From assembly GCA_046563655.1 (NCBI GenBank), contig CM102285.1, positions 5,270,001-5,334,000 of the forward strand: DNA of 64,000 bases, read 5' to 3'. The notes beneath the pieces are model-generated. The model worked only from the letters and a program-made list of their open reading frames with translations. It made no database searches and was not told where the DNA came from. A program made the translations under genes and the position numbers. Below are positions 42,096-54,428 of this stretch, piece by piece. Origin of the DNA: Yuukianura sp. NJ FZ-2021. Its lineage: Eukaryota. Each line of letters begins with the position of its first letter. Position 1 is the first letter of the stretch.

Positions 42096-43226
42096 ATGCT
42101 GGACGGACAGTAGATATAATATTCGTTGTCGTAGAATTTCACTTGGGTGAGAGGTGGTAATGGTGTTTGTGTAGCTTCACAAGTATCTACTTGGAAGTAT
42201 TCCTGCTGAGTTTTCTGCAGCGAATTTTTGCAAGTTTGCGTCGTGCTCAAAATAAAGTCTTTGTTCAATTTTTCATTGAAGGTATCAAAGATGCAGTCAC
42301 GTGTGGTAGACATGATGACGGACTTTGGACCGCGATATTGAAGAAAACATGTTTTGTTTCCTACAGTTTGTCGTATTTTGAAAGTGTCAGCCTCGAAAAG
42401 GATCAATGACGGATCGACGTTTGGAACGGTAAAATCCAAATGGATTTCATCGTCGTCATCCATATAGCATCCAGTAAAGGTGCCGTGGGTCACAGGGCAA
42501 TTACTTCCGCAAGGTAAGGTGATGTTGAAGTAGGAGAAAAAAATCATTACTTAGTTGACGGCTGCGCCACAGTTCTCCAGTCTGAAGTATGACTTGTCTA
42601 CCTTCTAACATCCGACCCATTAAATATGAAACGACGTATGCCCATTCCACAGCTTCTTGTTGGCTATTCAGAACTTGATTGCGTATTTGATCCAATTTTC
42701 CCGCCAATTTAAGAATTTCTTTTTGTAGCACACTCTTGTTGATTTCAAAGTTTCGGAAAACTTTTTTCTCGAGGTCGTCTAGTACAATTTTCATTTCTTC
42801 TTGTCTTGTTTGAACAGACATTGATTTGGTAAGAGCTAGTCCACCTAGTCCAATACCGGTGGTGGCAATGGCGGCAACTACCAAAATACCAATGGCAAGA
42901 AATAACTCTCTCTTCCCTCTTGCCATTGAGGTATTTGGTTGCGGAGGGCAGATCTTTTTCAAATTGTCCAATACAATTTCGTGATAATTGTCCTCGCACT
43001 TATCAATAACTTCATTGATGAACCGACTTCAGGTGTTGTGTGGTGAAAGAAGATCACACGGCGACACAAGTTTAATTCTGGATTGGACTATGTGAAAGCC
43101 AGTCACAACGGGAGTAGGATTTCGTCGCCAGATAACAAATTGACCCTGCTTATGAGCAGGAACCACTGAGCCATCTCCGATGGTACCCATGGTGATCAGA
43201 AGAAGAAGGCAGCAAATGAAATGCAT
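42095..43226 (-). pseudogene. env: Envelope-like class I fusion glycoprotein, in frame with copia pol
   Basis: Signal-peptide-like MHFICCLLLLITMGTIGDG, furin site RGKR (42909-42920), hydrophobic ELFLAIGILVVAAIATTGIGLGGLAL, heptad-like helix, Cys-rich region with sequons NTS/NKS/NIT/NKT. One in-frame TGA (43029-43031) and one frameshift in a homopolymer near 42540; truncated before any TM anchor. Confidence 0.8.
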
Positions 43227-46067
43227 TTTGCCAGTTTTAAATGTTGCACTAGAGTTGGTTGTCGTCGCGGACTCTGGAGTAGAACTGACAGTCGTCTTTA
43301 AAATTTTCCTTTTTACTGCATGTGCATAGGATGTGGGATGTTCATCAAGTCCTATTAATTTTCTTTTTCTCAGAAAAGTTTCTTTGTTAACTGCCTTGGT
43401 CAGGATATCCGCCGGTTGAAAACTATCAGGAGTGTGCTGTAACGTGACCAATTTTTTGTCCATCAAGTTGCGTATGTAGTAATGGCGGATGTCAATGTGT
43501 TTTGTCTTGTCGTGATATTCCGGGTTTTTTGCAAGTTTAATAGCACTCTGGGAATCAGTTTGAATGACAACTTGCTCTTGAGGGTGACCACATTCAGCCA
43601 AAATGTGTCTGAACCAGATAGATTCTTTTCCTGCATGAGACAGAGCAATGTACTCTGCTTCGGTGCTAGATAACGCAATGCAAGTTTGTCGTCTGCTTAG
43701 CCAGATAATAGGTGCTTCATTTATGATGAATAGACAACCCGTAGTTGACTTTCTTGTGTTGATGTCTGAGCCATAATCTGCGTCAACATAACCGTCCAGT
43801 GTCAAGGTCGAGTCTTTTTTATATTCTATGGACAAGTCTGCTGTCCCTTTTAGACATCTCAGAATGTTTTTGGCGGCTTCCCAATGATCTTTGTCATATG
43901 CGCCAAAGAAACGTGACAGATAGTGAACATTGTCTGGTCTAGTACATCTAGCCAGGAACAACAAAGATCCTACTAATTCCTGATATTCAAAGTCTGAATT
44001 GCCTTTTGTCTCTGCTGTTTTGAGTTGTAAACCAGGGCTCATTGGAATGTTGAGTGGTTTACCATTGGACATATTGAACCTTTCCAACATAGATTCAATG
44101 TACCCTTTTTGACTAATAACAATGCTATTTTTCTTTTGCTTGATCTCTATGCCAAGAAACTTAGTCAAGTTTCCTACTGTCAATTTAAAGACATTTTGTA
44201 ATTTTGCTAAGATTTGTTGATTTTCCTTTTTGTCATTTCCCATAATTATGCCATCATCGACATAAATTATGATGAAAGTAACTTTGTTATCCTGTGCTCT
44301 CTTGTAAACACAATAATCGGACGTGAGAGCTGAAAAACCTAATTTTTGAAGTTCGTTGTTCAGAGTATTATTCCAGCACCATGGCGCTTGCTTGAGTCCG
44401 TACAAGCCCTTCTTAAGGAGGCAGACTAAACTCTCTCCTTTAATGCTAGTACCTTGAACTTCGAAACCTTCAGGTTGCTCCATGTATATTTCTTCGTCTA
44501 AATTGCTATTCAAGAAGGCTGTGGCAATATCAAATTGAATCATATCCCAGCTTTCTTGAGCAGCTAGGGCCAGCATTATTCGAATTGTTTCATAACGACA
44601 AACCGGGGCAAACGTTTCTTCGTAATCGACCCCTTCTACTTGATTAAAGCCTTTTACTACTAATCTGGCTTTATATTTCTCAATTGTTCCGTCAGGGTTG
44701 GTCTTAATGCGAAATACCCATCGGTTTTTGAGTATTTTTCTTTCCAATGGTCTTGATACTAAAATCCACGTTTTGATTTGGAGTTGACTTTTGAACTCAT
44801 CTTCCATTGCCTGTTTCCATTCGTCAGCTCCTTGTGTTCGAATGGCCTCTTTGTAAGAGTTGGGAACAGTTTGTAGTACAAACATTTGGAATTTTGCATT
44901 TTTGGCCTGCAAGCGAGCGGACCTGCGCAGTGTGTTTTCCGTACTACCAGCAGTAGTATTAACCGTTGCGTTAAGAGACTCATTATCATGCGTGAGTTCC
45001 GGTGTCATTTCGACTGAATTATTTTCAGTGTCTGATTTGATTTGTAAATTTTCAATATTTACATAATCACAATCCGCGTTAAGTTTTTCGTCTTTTGCGG
45101 GAGAAACAATTCTGTATTCTCCTGTCAAATCCTTCCTTAGAACAATTTTATTGCTGTCCGGATCAGATTTTGACGTATCCATTGAATCAATTTTTGTATC
45201 TGACTTTGGAAGTGTCTCTATTGCGGTGATATCTTCTTGGAAGATATTTCTGATTTTGATTTTTTCGAGTTTTTGGTTAAATGACACGTGTTTTGTTTGT
45301 TCAAAGTAAACACGATTTTCTGGACTGTAGAGCCTATACAAATCGTTGGCGGAATTGTACCCCACCAGAATGCGTCTTGTTGCTTTCTCTTCCCACTTAT
45401 TTGCGTTTGTCATTTTATGCGCGAAAGCTTCGCATCCAAATGTCTTGACATGATGTAATTTTGGCTTTTTACCAAAAATCAGCTCATACGGCGTTTTGAC
45501 TTTATTACGGGAAGATAGAGTTCTGTTCAGAAAATAGACTGCGGTTTTTACTGCATCTTCCCAGAAAGTGTCATTTAGATTTGCCTCTATTATCATTGTA
45601 CGAGATGCATCCTGAATGGTTCTGATGTCCCTTTCCATAAAACCGTTGCTCGCGCTTGAGTAAGGAGCATTTGTGCCCAACTGTATTCCTTTTTGGGACA
45701 CAAACTGTTTTAACTCCTCATTAATTATTTCAGTGCCATTGTCACTTCGAATGACTTTGACATGATTTCCCGTTTGATTAGCGATAAAGTGAACAGCGTC
45801 CTTAATATTTTTCACAGTCTCATCTTTAGTCTTCTGCGCATAAACTTGCCTGAAGTTGCTTGCCTGATCTTTAATGACGAGGAAATATTTATTTCCCTTT
45901 TTGGAGGTGGTATTTGCATAACCCAGATCAAGGTGAAGACATTCACCCTCTTTGAAATTGCTTTCCGTCTGGCTGGATTTATACCCTTGTTTCTTTGATT
46001 TTCCCAAAAGACAGGAGTCACAAGTAAAATCTTCCTCCTTCATTTGCTCTAAACCAAGAGCAGCTTC
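43227..46067 (-). CDS. pol: Copia pol: integrase core, reverse transcriptase, RNase H
   Basis: CDSC; IN LHLDL / IRSDNGTE / NGFMER; RT KARLVVKG, QFDIATAFL, LYGLKQAP, IYVDD; RH YVDADY, LSSTEAEY, KHIDIRHY, QPADILTK. Small in-frame deletion in the TRPD..VHYLSRF region. Confidence 0.95.
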
Positions 46068-46330
46068 AGTAGGTAGATAGGACGGACTTTCACGCCAAAT
46101 CAACCTTTGGACAAATAAGGTTTAAAACCCACAGGCGTGAGATCCTACAAGTCAGATTAATTAAGACTAATTAACACTTCCTGACGCCAAATCAACCTTT
46201 GGACCCATAAGGTTTAAAACCCACTGGCGTGAGATCCTACAAGTCAGATTAATTAAGACTAATTAACACTTCCTAACGCCAAATCAACCTTTGGACCCAT
46301 AAGGTTTAAAACCCACTGGCGTGAGATCCT
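46068..46330 (+). repeat. Left TIR with about 2.6 copies of a 92-bp unit
   Basis: ACGCCAAATCAACCTTTGGAC recurs at 46092, 46184 and 46276. Confidence 0.92.
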
Positions 46331-46783
46331 TCAAATCACATGAGGATTCAAAACCACACCAAATCCTCAAAACTTTTTGCGAAATAGACAAATTCGAGAG
46401 GGGAAAAAAGCCGCAGTGGAAATAAATTGGATAGAAACTTGTCTAAAAAATAGTTAATAATTAAGAAAATAAAAGAAAAAGCCACAGACAGTCGAAATAA
46501 ATTGGATTAGAAACACTTACGTCCTTTTTTCAAAGCTAGACAAAGGATTTGTGCTTACCCTTGACCACAGAAGAAATTTAGACAAAAATTTTTAATATGT
46601 AAAAACAAAAATCAATTATTCAGACTTTAGTATTTATAGGTGTTTTAGAATAAGTCTGTTCAACCAAACCTAATCTTTTTGAGACAACAGTTGTGAGCAG
46701 AAGGCTAGAATTTACAAATTAATCCTTCTGGCACTTTACTCATAACCTGAAGTCTGAAAAGAACATTTTAACAAAACAAACTG

Positions 46784-47249
46784 ATGCTACAGCAGCAGCA
46801 GCAGCAGGACGAAGGAGAAACTTTGGGTAAGTGTATAGATGTAGTGTGAAAATTATGTCCATTTTCTTATTGCGTCTTATATACTTAGACAAGCCTGAGT
46901 TTTCAACGATGGAGGTAGAGATGATCGCTACACTTCTAGATTTACACGAAGAAAAAATCCAACTGAAAATCCAACTCAATGATGTCATGCAGGAATATGA
47001 AAAAATAAAAAAAGAAATGAAGGCCATGGAGTTTAAACTAGCCGAAAATGTGAAAGAAGCAATCATCTTCAATGCAAAGTAACAATATATTATGAAATTA
47101 ATTCAACTGGTTACTAATTTGAATTCATTTACAGAATTTTTGAACTGGAGACTCAGCTTGAAGATGAAAGAAAGGCTATAGAACTTTGGCTAAACGCTAC
47201 CAGTGAAACATTTAGGACTCTCTCCAGCTCATTTCGACAAGTCACTTGA
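46784..47249 (+). CDS. Cargo gene A: 115-aa coiled-coil-like protein, 3 exons (46784-46826, 46889-47078, 47135-47249)
   Basis: Two in-phase GT-AG introns (62 and 56 nt) give MLQQQQQQDEGETLDKPEF...IFELETQLEDERKAIELW...; AATAAA near 47308. Confidence 0.6.
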
Positions 47250-47883
47250 TAAGTGTATTCTGTACTCAGAAAACGACCCAATTTTCTCTACCTCATCTTG
47301 ATGAAAAAATAAAACCAGACTTAAATTCGTTGTAATCTCATAAAGCGGTTTATTTGAAAATCAATGACAGAAAAATCAAACACCTTACGTTAAGTTCTCA
47401 TACAAATTCTGCAGCGTTCAAGTCGTGGTGAATTTTTCTTTCTTAAATTTTGTTTTTTCTTAAATAAATTAGATCAATCAAGAAAGAAAAAAAATCTTAA
47501 AACCGCAGACGCAAACGTAAATCAATTTTAAACTACTGACTACAATATGTGGAGAGAAAGTATTTAAACGCTTCGCACTCTTCATAAGAAACTGTCTTCT
47601 CCTGGAAATTCTGTAGAGTATAATGAGAACAATTCGTTTCAAACTAAATAACGATTGTCTCATTATATTCCATAGAAGCATTATTTAAAACGTCAGAAAT
47701 TACACCAACTTCGAAGTATCAATTACAAGTTCATAATTTTTTCTGAAGGGTTTTAGACAACAATTTGCTTTAAGTTTAAAACAAGCTATTGTTACCTAAC
47801 ACTCTTTAGAATAGTAATGAGCGCAGAAAAAAGCTCTCTATTATTAAAAATAGTTTAACCTTTCTTATTGTCTGGTGCAGAAC

Positions 47884-48401
47884 ATGGAACCTAAGAACGG
47901 TGAGTAATTTCACTAAATGGCTCTATTAAAGTATTGGGTAGCTAAAAACTTTTTAGTTAGTTTTTAATACTTTAGGCTTTCTTAATAATTAATATCTTTT
48001 TTAAAATGAACACAAAACTTTACTACACATTACGTAGAGCACCCCTTATCTATATTGTGTGTGTGTGTGTGTGTGTGAGGGGTATAGAGTTGCTAGCAAA
48101 GACTTACTGAACACTTGTTTCTCTAGAAAATCATGATGAGGAGCAAGTTGAAAATTTCTTGACAACAATGCTGGAGATTATAAACTGGGGAGGATCAATC
48201 AAAATCCATGGAAATACATACATTAAGGGGAATGTTGACTATTGTCAGAAAGCTTGCACCTTCATGGCAGGCATCGGCAAGCGAGATATTGTCATTCTCG
48301 CAAACTTTCTATCTCTAGACATTGAGTTCCAAACCGAAATTCAAAAAACTTACGAGTCTACCACAAAGGAATCAGCAGAAAAAATATTGAGGCACGCTTA
48401 A
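47884..48401 (+). CDS. Cargo gene B: 96-aa unknown protein, 2 exons (47884-47899, 48127-48401)
   Basis: ATGGAACCTAAGAACG|GTGAGT donor splices in frame to CTAG|AAAATCAT, extending ORF 48159-48401. Confidence 0.5.
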
Positions 48402-48509
48402 CAGAAGCCCTACAAAAAATTTACGATTATAATATCAATAAATAACACCCTTCTAAAGTTCTTCTTCTTCTTCCATGTTGAATCGTGATGATGTGAAAGT
48501 CAAACATTC

Positions 48510-48780
48510 ATTTCTGTCAAGTTTTAAATATATTGTTTCATCAAATTTTTTCAAATTACAACAAATGTTAACAACAACAACTTTAATTCAATTTGAAATA
48601 TTTCTTGACATGTTAAATAAAAGGTCAAATGTATGTCACATTTATTTGCACTGCAACTTTACTTTTATGAAATGCATTTCTGTCAAGTTTTAAACAATGT
48701 TTCATCAACTTTTTTTTTCATAACTTTGATTCAAATTGAAATATTTATTGACATGCTAAATATAAGGTCAAATGTATGTA
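48510..48780. repeat. Degenerate tandem duplication, about 165-bp period
   Basis: ATTTCTGTCAAGTTTTAAA...TTGACATG(T/C)TAAATA.AAGGTCAAATGTATGT occurs twice. Confidence 0.7.
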
Positions 48781-48810
48781 ACAACTATTTATTTGGAATT
48801 TTAATTAGAC

Positions 48811-49565
48811 TTAAAATTTCACAAAATTTCCTTCTGTCGCTTGCATTAACAGATATTTCTGAAACCAGTAAAATTGAATGATAAAGTTTCTGAACTTTTT
48901 TAAAATTAAAGGAAATATCATAGTCAAAATAGGAAACAAGTATCGTTTTAAACACAAAACGTGTGACAATTTCAGATTTAGACGAACATCCAATTGTTTT
49001 GATGCAGAGGTCAACTTAGCTACTGCTCACTAAAAAGACAGAAAATTAAGATGGTTGTATGTTTGTATGTAAAAAGTAAGTAAGGTTTAACCTACCTTTT
49101 CAACCTTCTTAGCAATCTTTAGGATTTCTGAAACAAAGAAATCCGCGAACACCCATTTCATGTCCATAGAATTTTCGTTGGTAATGTATTCAACACAATG
49201 TTGAGCGAAAGCGTCTGCGATGTCACCTTTACTTTCATGCATCACAGACAACATCTTGTGCATGTAATCGTTCGCTCTTTTGAGTTTTCAAAAGTAATAA
49301 AAGAATGAGCAGAGAAAATGTACGCAGATCCAACCTTAGTACAGCTTATCGCAAAATAGTCGCCAAATTCAATGAAAGCTTATTTAAGCATGCTTCGTTG
49401 ACGTTGATATACTCTTGGGCTGTACTTCTCCCATAGCGTGTTATCAAACTTTATAAGCGCGACCGGCTGATTTATATTTTCAGCTTTAAGAATTTCCTCA
49501 GCATTCTCAGAGTTTGAAAACCCGACCCTACTAAACCCTCCTATACCTGATATTGTGTAGTTCAT
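48811..49565 (-). pseudogene. Cargo gene C: multi-exon unknown protein with a nonsense codon
   Basis: TATAAAA about 35-40 bp upstream of the ATG. MNYTISG...SMLK*AFIEFGDYF...KVGSA|ANDYMHKML...KKVEK| with plausible GT-AG introns; last exon uncertain. Confidence 0.45.
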
Positions 49566-49988
49566 TTTTTAGCTTACAAATCTCCAGAGATTCGCGGCTT
49601 TTATACAAATTTTTTTATTGTGGGTAAGACGTATAACCATAAGGTTTACCCAGTTACTTCACGTGTCTAGACATGTCATTAATTCAAAAACCGCACATCC
49701 GTTAATTTAGTCAACTTATTTGAATGATGAAACTCTAATTTGTGCCACCTGTGGCACTGCAGCATACGCACTCTAACCTAAGCCGATTTTGGCACCACTG
49801 CGGTTTATTATGACTCTGCTAGACAACCTCACACCTGGAACCAAGTAATCTAACTTGTCTAGACACGAAATCAATTCAAAAAACGCACATCTGTTAATTA
49901 AACACACTTTTTTAAATTCTGTAAACATGAATCAGCGTCCCACCAAGCATATATAAGGGCACAGTCGGAGTTAGACGTACTATGCAAA

Positions 49989-50905
49989 ATGTCAAAAGGT
50001 TAGTATCTTATCCAATCTGTCATTTCAAATTGTAATTTCCTTGTTGTTTCTTCTTTTTTTTCTTTCTTTTTTTTTGTTCAGCTGGAGATAAAGATGGCTA
50101 TTTGGAAGCAGCCGCCAGAGACATCTATAGTCCAGGAAATGATAAGTTTTTTGGGCAAAACGACTTGATTCACAGCATTGGAACAGATTGTGTTTGCAGG
50201 CTGGGATTTGACGACTTGCTGCAGTGTACGTATTTACATCATCCACATAAAGAGAAATTAGCCTCAACCACTGTTGTGTTATTGTCCGCTTCCTAATGCT
50301 TAAACAAGCTTTCATTGAATTTGGACAAGGATTACCTAGTAAATCATCGCAGCATACGACACATAATGTGTATATATTATGCAATATATAAAAAATTACA
50401 TATTTTCAGGCTTCAAGGTGTATGTGAGAAAAGGCTACGCAAACTTCTCACCTACAGTTCTACATATCATCGCGAAAGAGATTCCGGAGATTTTGCACTA
50501 CACGAAGACCACGTTGAAGGAGATTGAATCTCAGCCAGCTGTAACGGAGAGAATCAATCCTAAAGATTCCAGTTTTTGGGCGGATTTTAGCGTCTTCACC
50601 ACGTCGTCAAAAACAGCGCGAATGAGAATTATCCGTGGGCGGTTCTCTCGGCTTCAGATGTATTTGAATTCTCCAATTCATGAGGAATCGCGCTTCCTGA
50701 ATTACATTGGTATGGAATATTGTGTAGGATAATATTATATAATGCTAAATACTCATTCTGATTTCTACAAAAGTAAAACAAATAAGCTAATTATAAGTGT
50801 ATTATATTTTCAGGGCCGCTGATTTTTTGGAATCGAGATGAGATATTAAGCTTTGTCACTATTATGGAAAACATGATGGAGAAGCTTGACATTTCAGACC
50901 TCTAA
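49989..50905 (+). pseudogene. Cargo gene D: 4-exon unknown protein with one apparent frameshift near 50280
   Basis: TATATAAG near 49950. ATGTCAAAAG|GTTAGT, CCTA|GTAAAT and ATTG|GTATGG donors all splice in phase to downstream exons ending at TAA 50903-50905. Confidence 0.5.
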
Positions 50906-51161
50906 AGCTGATTTTCTTTCCTGAAAATGTTTCATCTTTGTGTTAATTGGAATGAATTCTTCTTCGCCTTTATTCGAATAAATCTTTCTTCTTGATTGGA
51001 ATAAATTCTGATGGAATGTTTTATTTCAACGAATTTTTACAAAATACAACAAATGTTTGATAAGCGTCACAAGTTATTGATTCCAATTGAAATATTTCCT
51101 CATTCACAAACTTTTTCAGAAACGTTTGACACGACTCTTTTAATAAATTCAACTCGGAAAT

Positions 51162-51195
<34 letters not shown>

Positions 51196-54100
51196 AAAGA
51201 AAATCAGTGACCCTGAAAATATAATACACTTATAATTAGCTTATTTGCCTGATGTTCTCTACACGTCCCGTCCCATTCCCACCTGAAAATGTTTCATCTT
51301 TGTGTTAATTGGAATGAATTCTTCTTCGCCTTTATTCGAATAAATCTTTCTTCTTGATTGAAATAAATTCTGATGTAATGTTTTTATTTCAACAAAGGAT
51401 GGTTTCGGATTTTGGGGGTAACTTTGATGGCAAAAATGAAGATGAAGGCGGCCGAACACAGTTTTGAAACTTTCCGAAATTCATCATCACTTGTCATAGA
51501 ATCGATGTCAACAAAATTTGGGAAAGTGTTCGGCCGCCTTCCACCCTAAATGTGTCACGAAAGTTGACCAAGTTTTCATCAAAATCATCAACTTTTTTTT
51601 ATTACTAACATCGAAAGCATCATCGAAATGAATGTAATTTTTCTCACAGGGATGTGCACAAATTGTAAGTTTTGTTCAGCGAAGCTGCACAATTTCAAAC
51701 TTCGGGTTTTTAATTTTAATTTTGCACAATTTCTAACTTTTAAGTGTATCCGCTGCACATTTTCCTTGTTTTACGTTTTTAGAATGCACAATTTCTAGAT
51801 TTTGTGTTATTCGCAGTGCACATTTCAAAAATTTTACGTTCGAACATTGCACAACTTTCATACCTGTTCTGTTGTTGCGTTGCACAAGATCAAACTTTCT
51901 GGTTGTCACATTGCACAGTTTCGAATCTTTCGTGTTTTTAAACTGCATATTTTTACAAGTTATAATAATAAGAATCAACCGATTGTAAACCGGATATACG
52001 TAAGTAACGAAAGCCCTGTTCACGTCTGGCATAAAATAATTATCGGTGTCAGATAAGTGTTGATTTTGGTAAATGAGATACAATTGTAAATGAGTCCATT
52101 TTGTTTTTCATTGATTTCGAAGAAAAAGTCAAAAGTTTAAAGAATGCAGCAGTTTTAGATTTTTGAGAAGTAAGCTAAGTAAGTAAGAAGTAAGTTTCAG
52201 CTTTTTGAAAATGAATTTATACTCCATTTTCCTAAGACAAGTTTGTCGTAGAAAATGAAATATGTTTTTTTAAAGAATTTTATATGAAGTCATATGAAAT
52301 TAAAACTTCTATACAACTTTCCCTACGAAACTGTGTAGGAAAATCGAGCATAAATTGGGGTTAACAGGTTAGGCTACCTTGGAGTTTTTAATTTGTTAGG
52401 GAATATCATGAAAACAAGAATAAAACCGTGTTTTTGTTGTTTTCTTATGCGGGATTTTTTCAACAATCGGTGTATTGCCTAACCTGTTAATGAAACAGTT
52501 TCCTTTTAAAACACCTTGGCTGCACCTGTGGACTGTGTTGTAGATAGTTGACGTTAATGGACTGACGGCCAGACGGACAGACAGACAGAAAGGGTAAAAG
52601 CATAAAGTACCTTACGCTATTTAGGAATAACAGATGTTTCGCAATTTCGAGCTTTTTCAGTTTTCATGTTGCACAAGGCCGAAAGAATTGTGCAACATTT
52701 TGCACATTTGTGAAAAAAACAGGCGATTTAAAACGTTTTATAACGTTATTAATTGGGCCGGAGAAAATACAAACAAACAAATGGCACTGGGCCGGATTTT
52801 CTACAGAAACCCGAAACCATCCTTTTTACCAATAAAGTTAAACCCTTCTACTTTTAGAGAACTTTGAAAAAGTCAAAGTTTGAATCTTGTTAGCTACACG
52901 AGGACACTTTAGTGTAAAGAGAAAGTTATTACACCCGTATGTTAAAGAGATTTAAATGGAAACACATCCGCCCGTCCATCATAGTAAAAACGATACACGA
53001 CGAACTAAGCCCTGCACGCAAACTTTTGCTCCATTCTAAATTCACCCCATGAGCCTTCAGCTTAGTTTCTATCGTCAAGTACTTAAGTGACACAGACAGG
53101 TCAGATTTCTCAGGTTTCTGGAGTCAGGAACTTTCTATTTCCTCCTGGGAAAAAAATTTGAAGATTAACTGAAACAAAAGCGATTTTCAAAATTTTGAAA
53201 TTCTATTCCGAAATCAAAACTTCCAAATTCCGCGTGACCTGAAGGGTGAAAGTTGTTTGGGATTATGGGAGAGGAGATCATAAAATCTAAAGAGTTGCTT
53301 AACAAGTTTACAAGAAGACTTTGTTTAGGTTTGACGCTCTTTTCTGCTTCAAAATGGCACTCTTTGCAAGCATATTGTCCGTTTCCAGAATGGCTTCTGA
53401 GGTAAATTGATGAGGTGAAAGTGGAAAGTATGCTTGATAAGGCGTCTTCTGTTCCATTCCCATCATCTCCAATCCTCTTACTTGAGAGTTCCGTAGGGAA
53501 TGGATTTCCGCAATTGCTTTAGCGAATTCGCAAGGTGAAGCAACCATTCGGAAATATTATTGCAAACTTTGGAACTTCCGATTTTACATCATTTGTGATA
53601 AGTCTATCGTAGAGCTCGAAATTGAATGCCTAGGCGATATTAAATCTTTACACTAAAGCTGAAGGCTGGCCGTAAAGTTCAGAAATTGAATTTTTTGAAG
53701 TCTTTTCATTTTGATTTTCAAAATTTTGTTCTCATCCTCCTTGCCTCTGGCTATTTTTATTTTTTAGAATTTGGAAGTCTATTAATTTAAGTCATGAGAC
53801 CACAACAAAAGATCCTTGAGCGACACTTGAGAAATCAAGTCTGAAGGAAGGTTAGTTAATAAAGACAGCACAGGAATTAGTGAAGAGACACATTGGATTT
53901 AGGATCAGAACAGATTAAGTTTTTAACGAGGTCACAGTTTTCAAACATTCAAACAACAAAATACAAAAACTGAATGAAAGAAATCACGTAGGACTGGGTG
54001 GGACGCTTAAGTTTCAAATTTTTGGCTCATAAAAAAAAATACAAATTAGTTTTGACAAACTCCAAAGCTCAACATGGAGGTACTTTCGCCCTCAACCGGT

Positions 54101-54428
54101 ATTGATCATCCCTAAAGACGCCAATAAAATTTTGAAAAATGAGCCATGTATGATTCTTTCTTCCATTTAAATTCCAGATTCTAACCAACCGCCCTATCAT
54201 ATACTTTCTCTTTAGTAATCAAACAAAAATAAATGTTTACGACAGAAAATCCAAGAAAATTGTTTCATTTAATTCACTCCTCTCGAGATGCTATGGTCCA
54301 ATAAGAAATTATTGTGATATAAATTGTATTGTTTATAGACACGTGGATACATCTAAACAAGATAGGGTAAAAGAATTATTGTAGTGTATAAGATATACTG
54401 GTGAATCGGCTTGAGTGCAAGAGTCTTC

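Noticed and set aside
46068..46103. MIWRESPSYLP as the true N-terminus of the 1024-aa pol ORF
   Set aside because: These codons come from the inserted TIR; the real frame continues from the gag ORF at 56395.
46092..46330. 92-bp repeats as a CRISPR-like array
   Set aside because: The units are contiguous with no unique spacers, the context is eukaryotic, and they are part of a TIR.
53308..53547. 79-aa ORF as a further cargo gene
   Set aside because: Neighbouring frames are broken and no consistent gene model or motif could be built.
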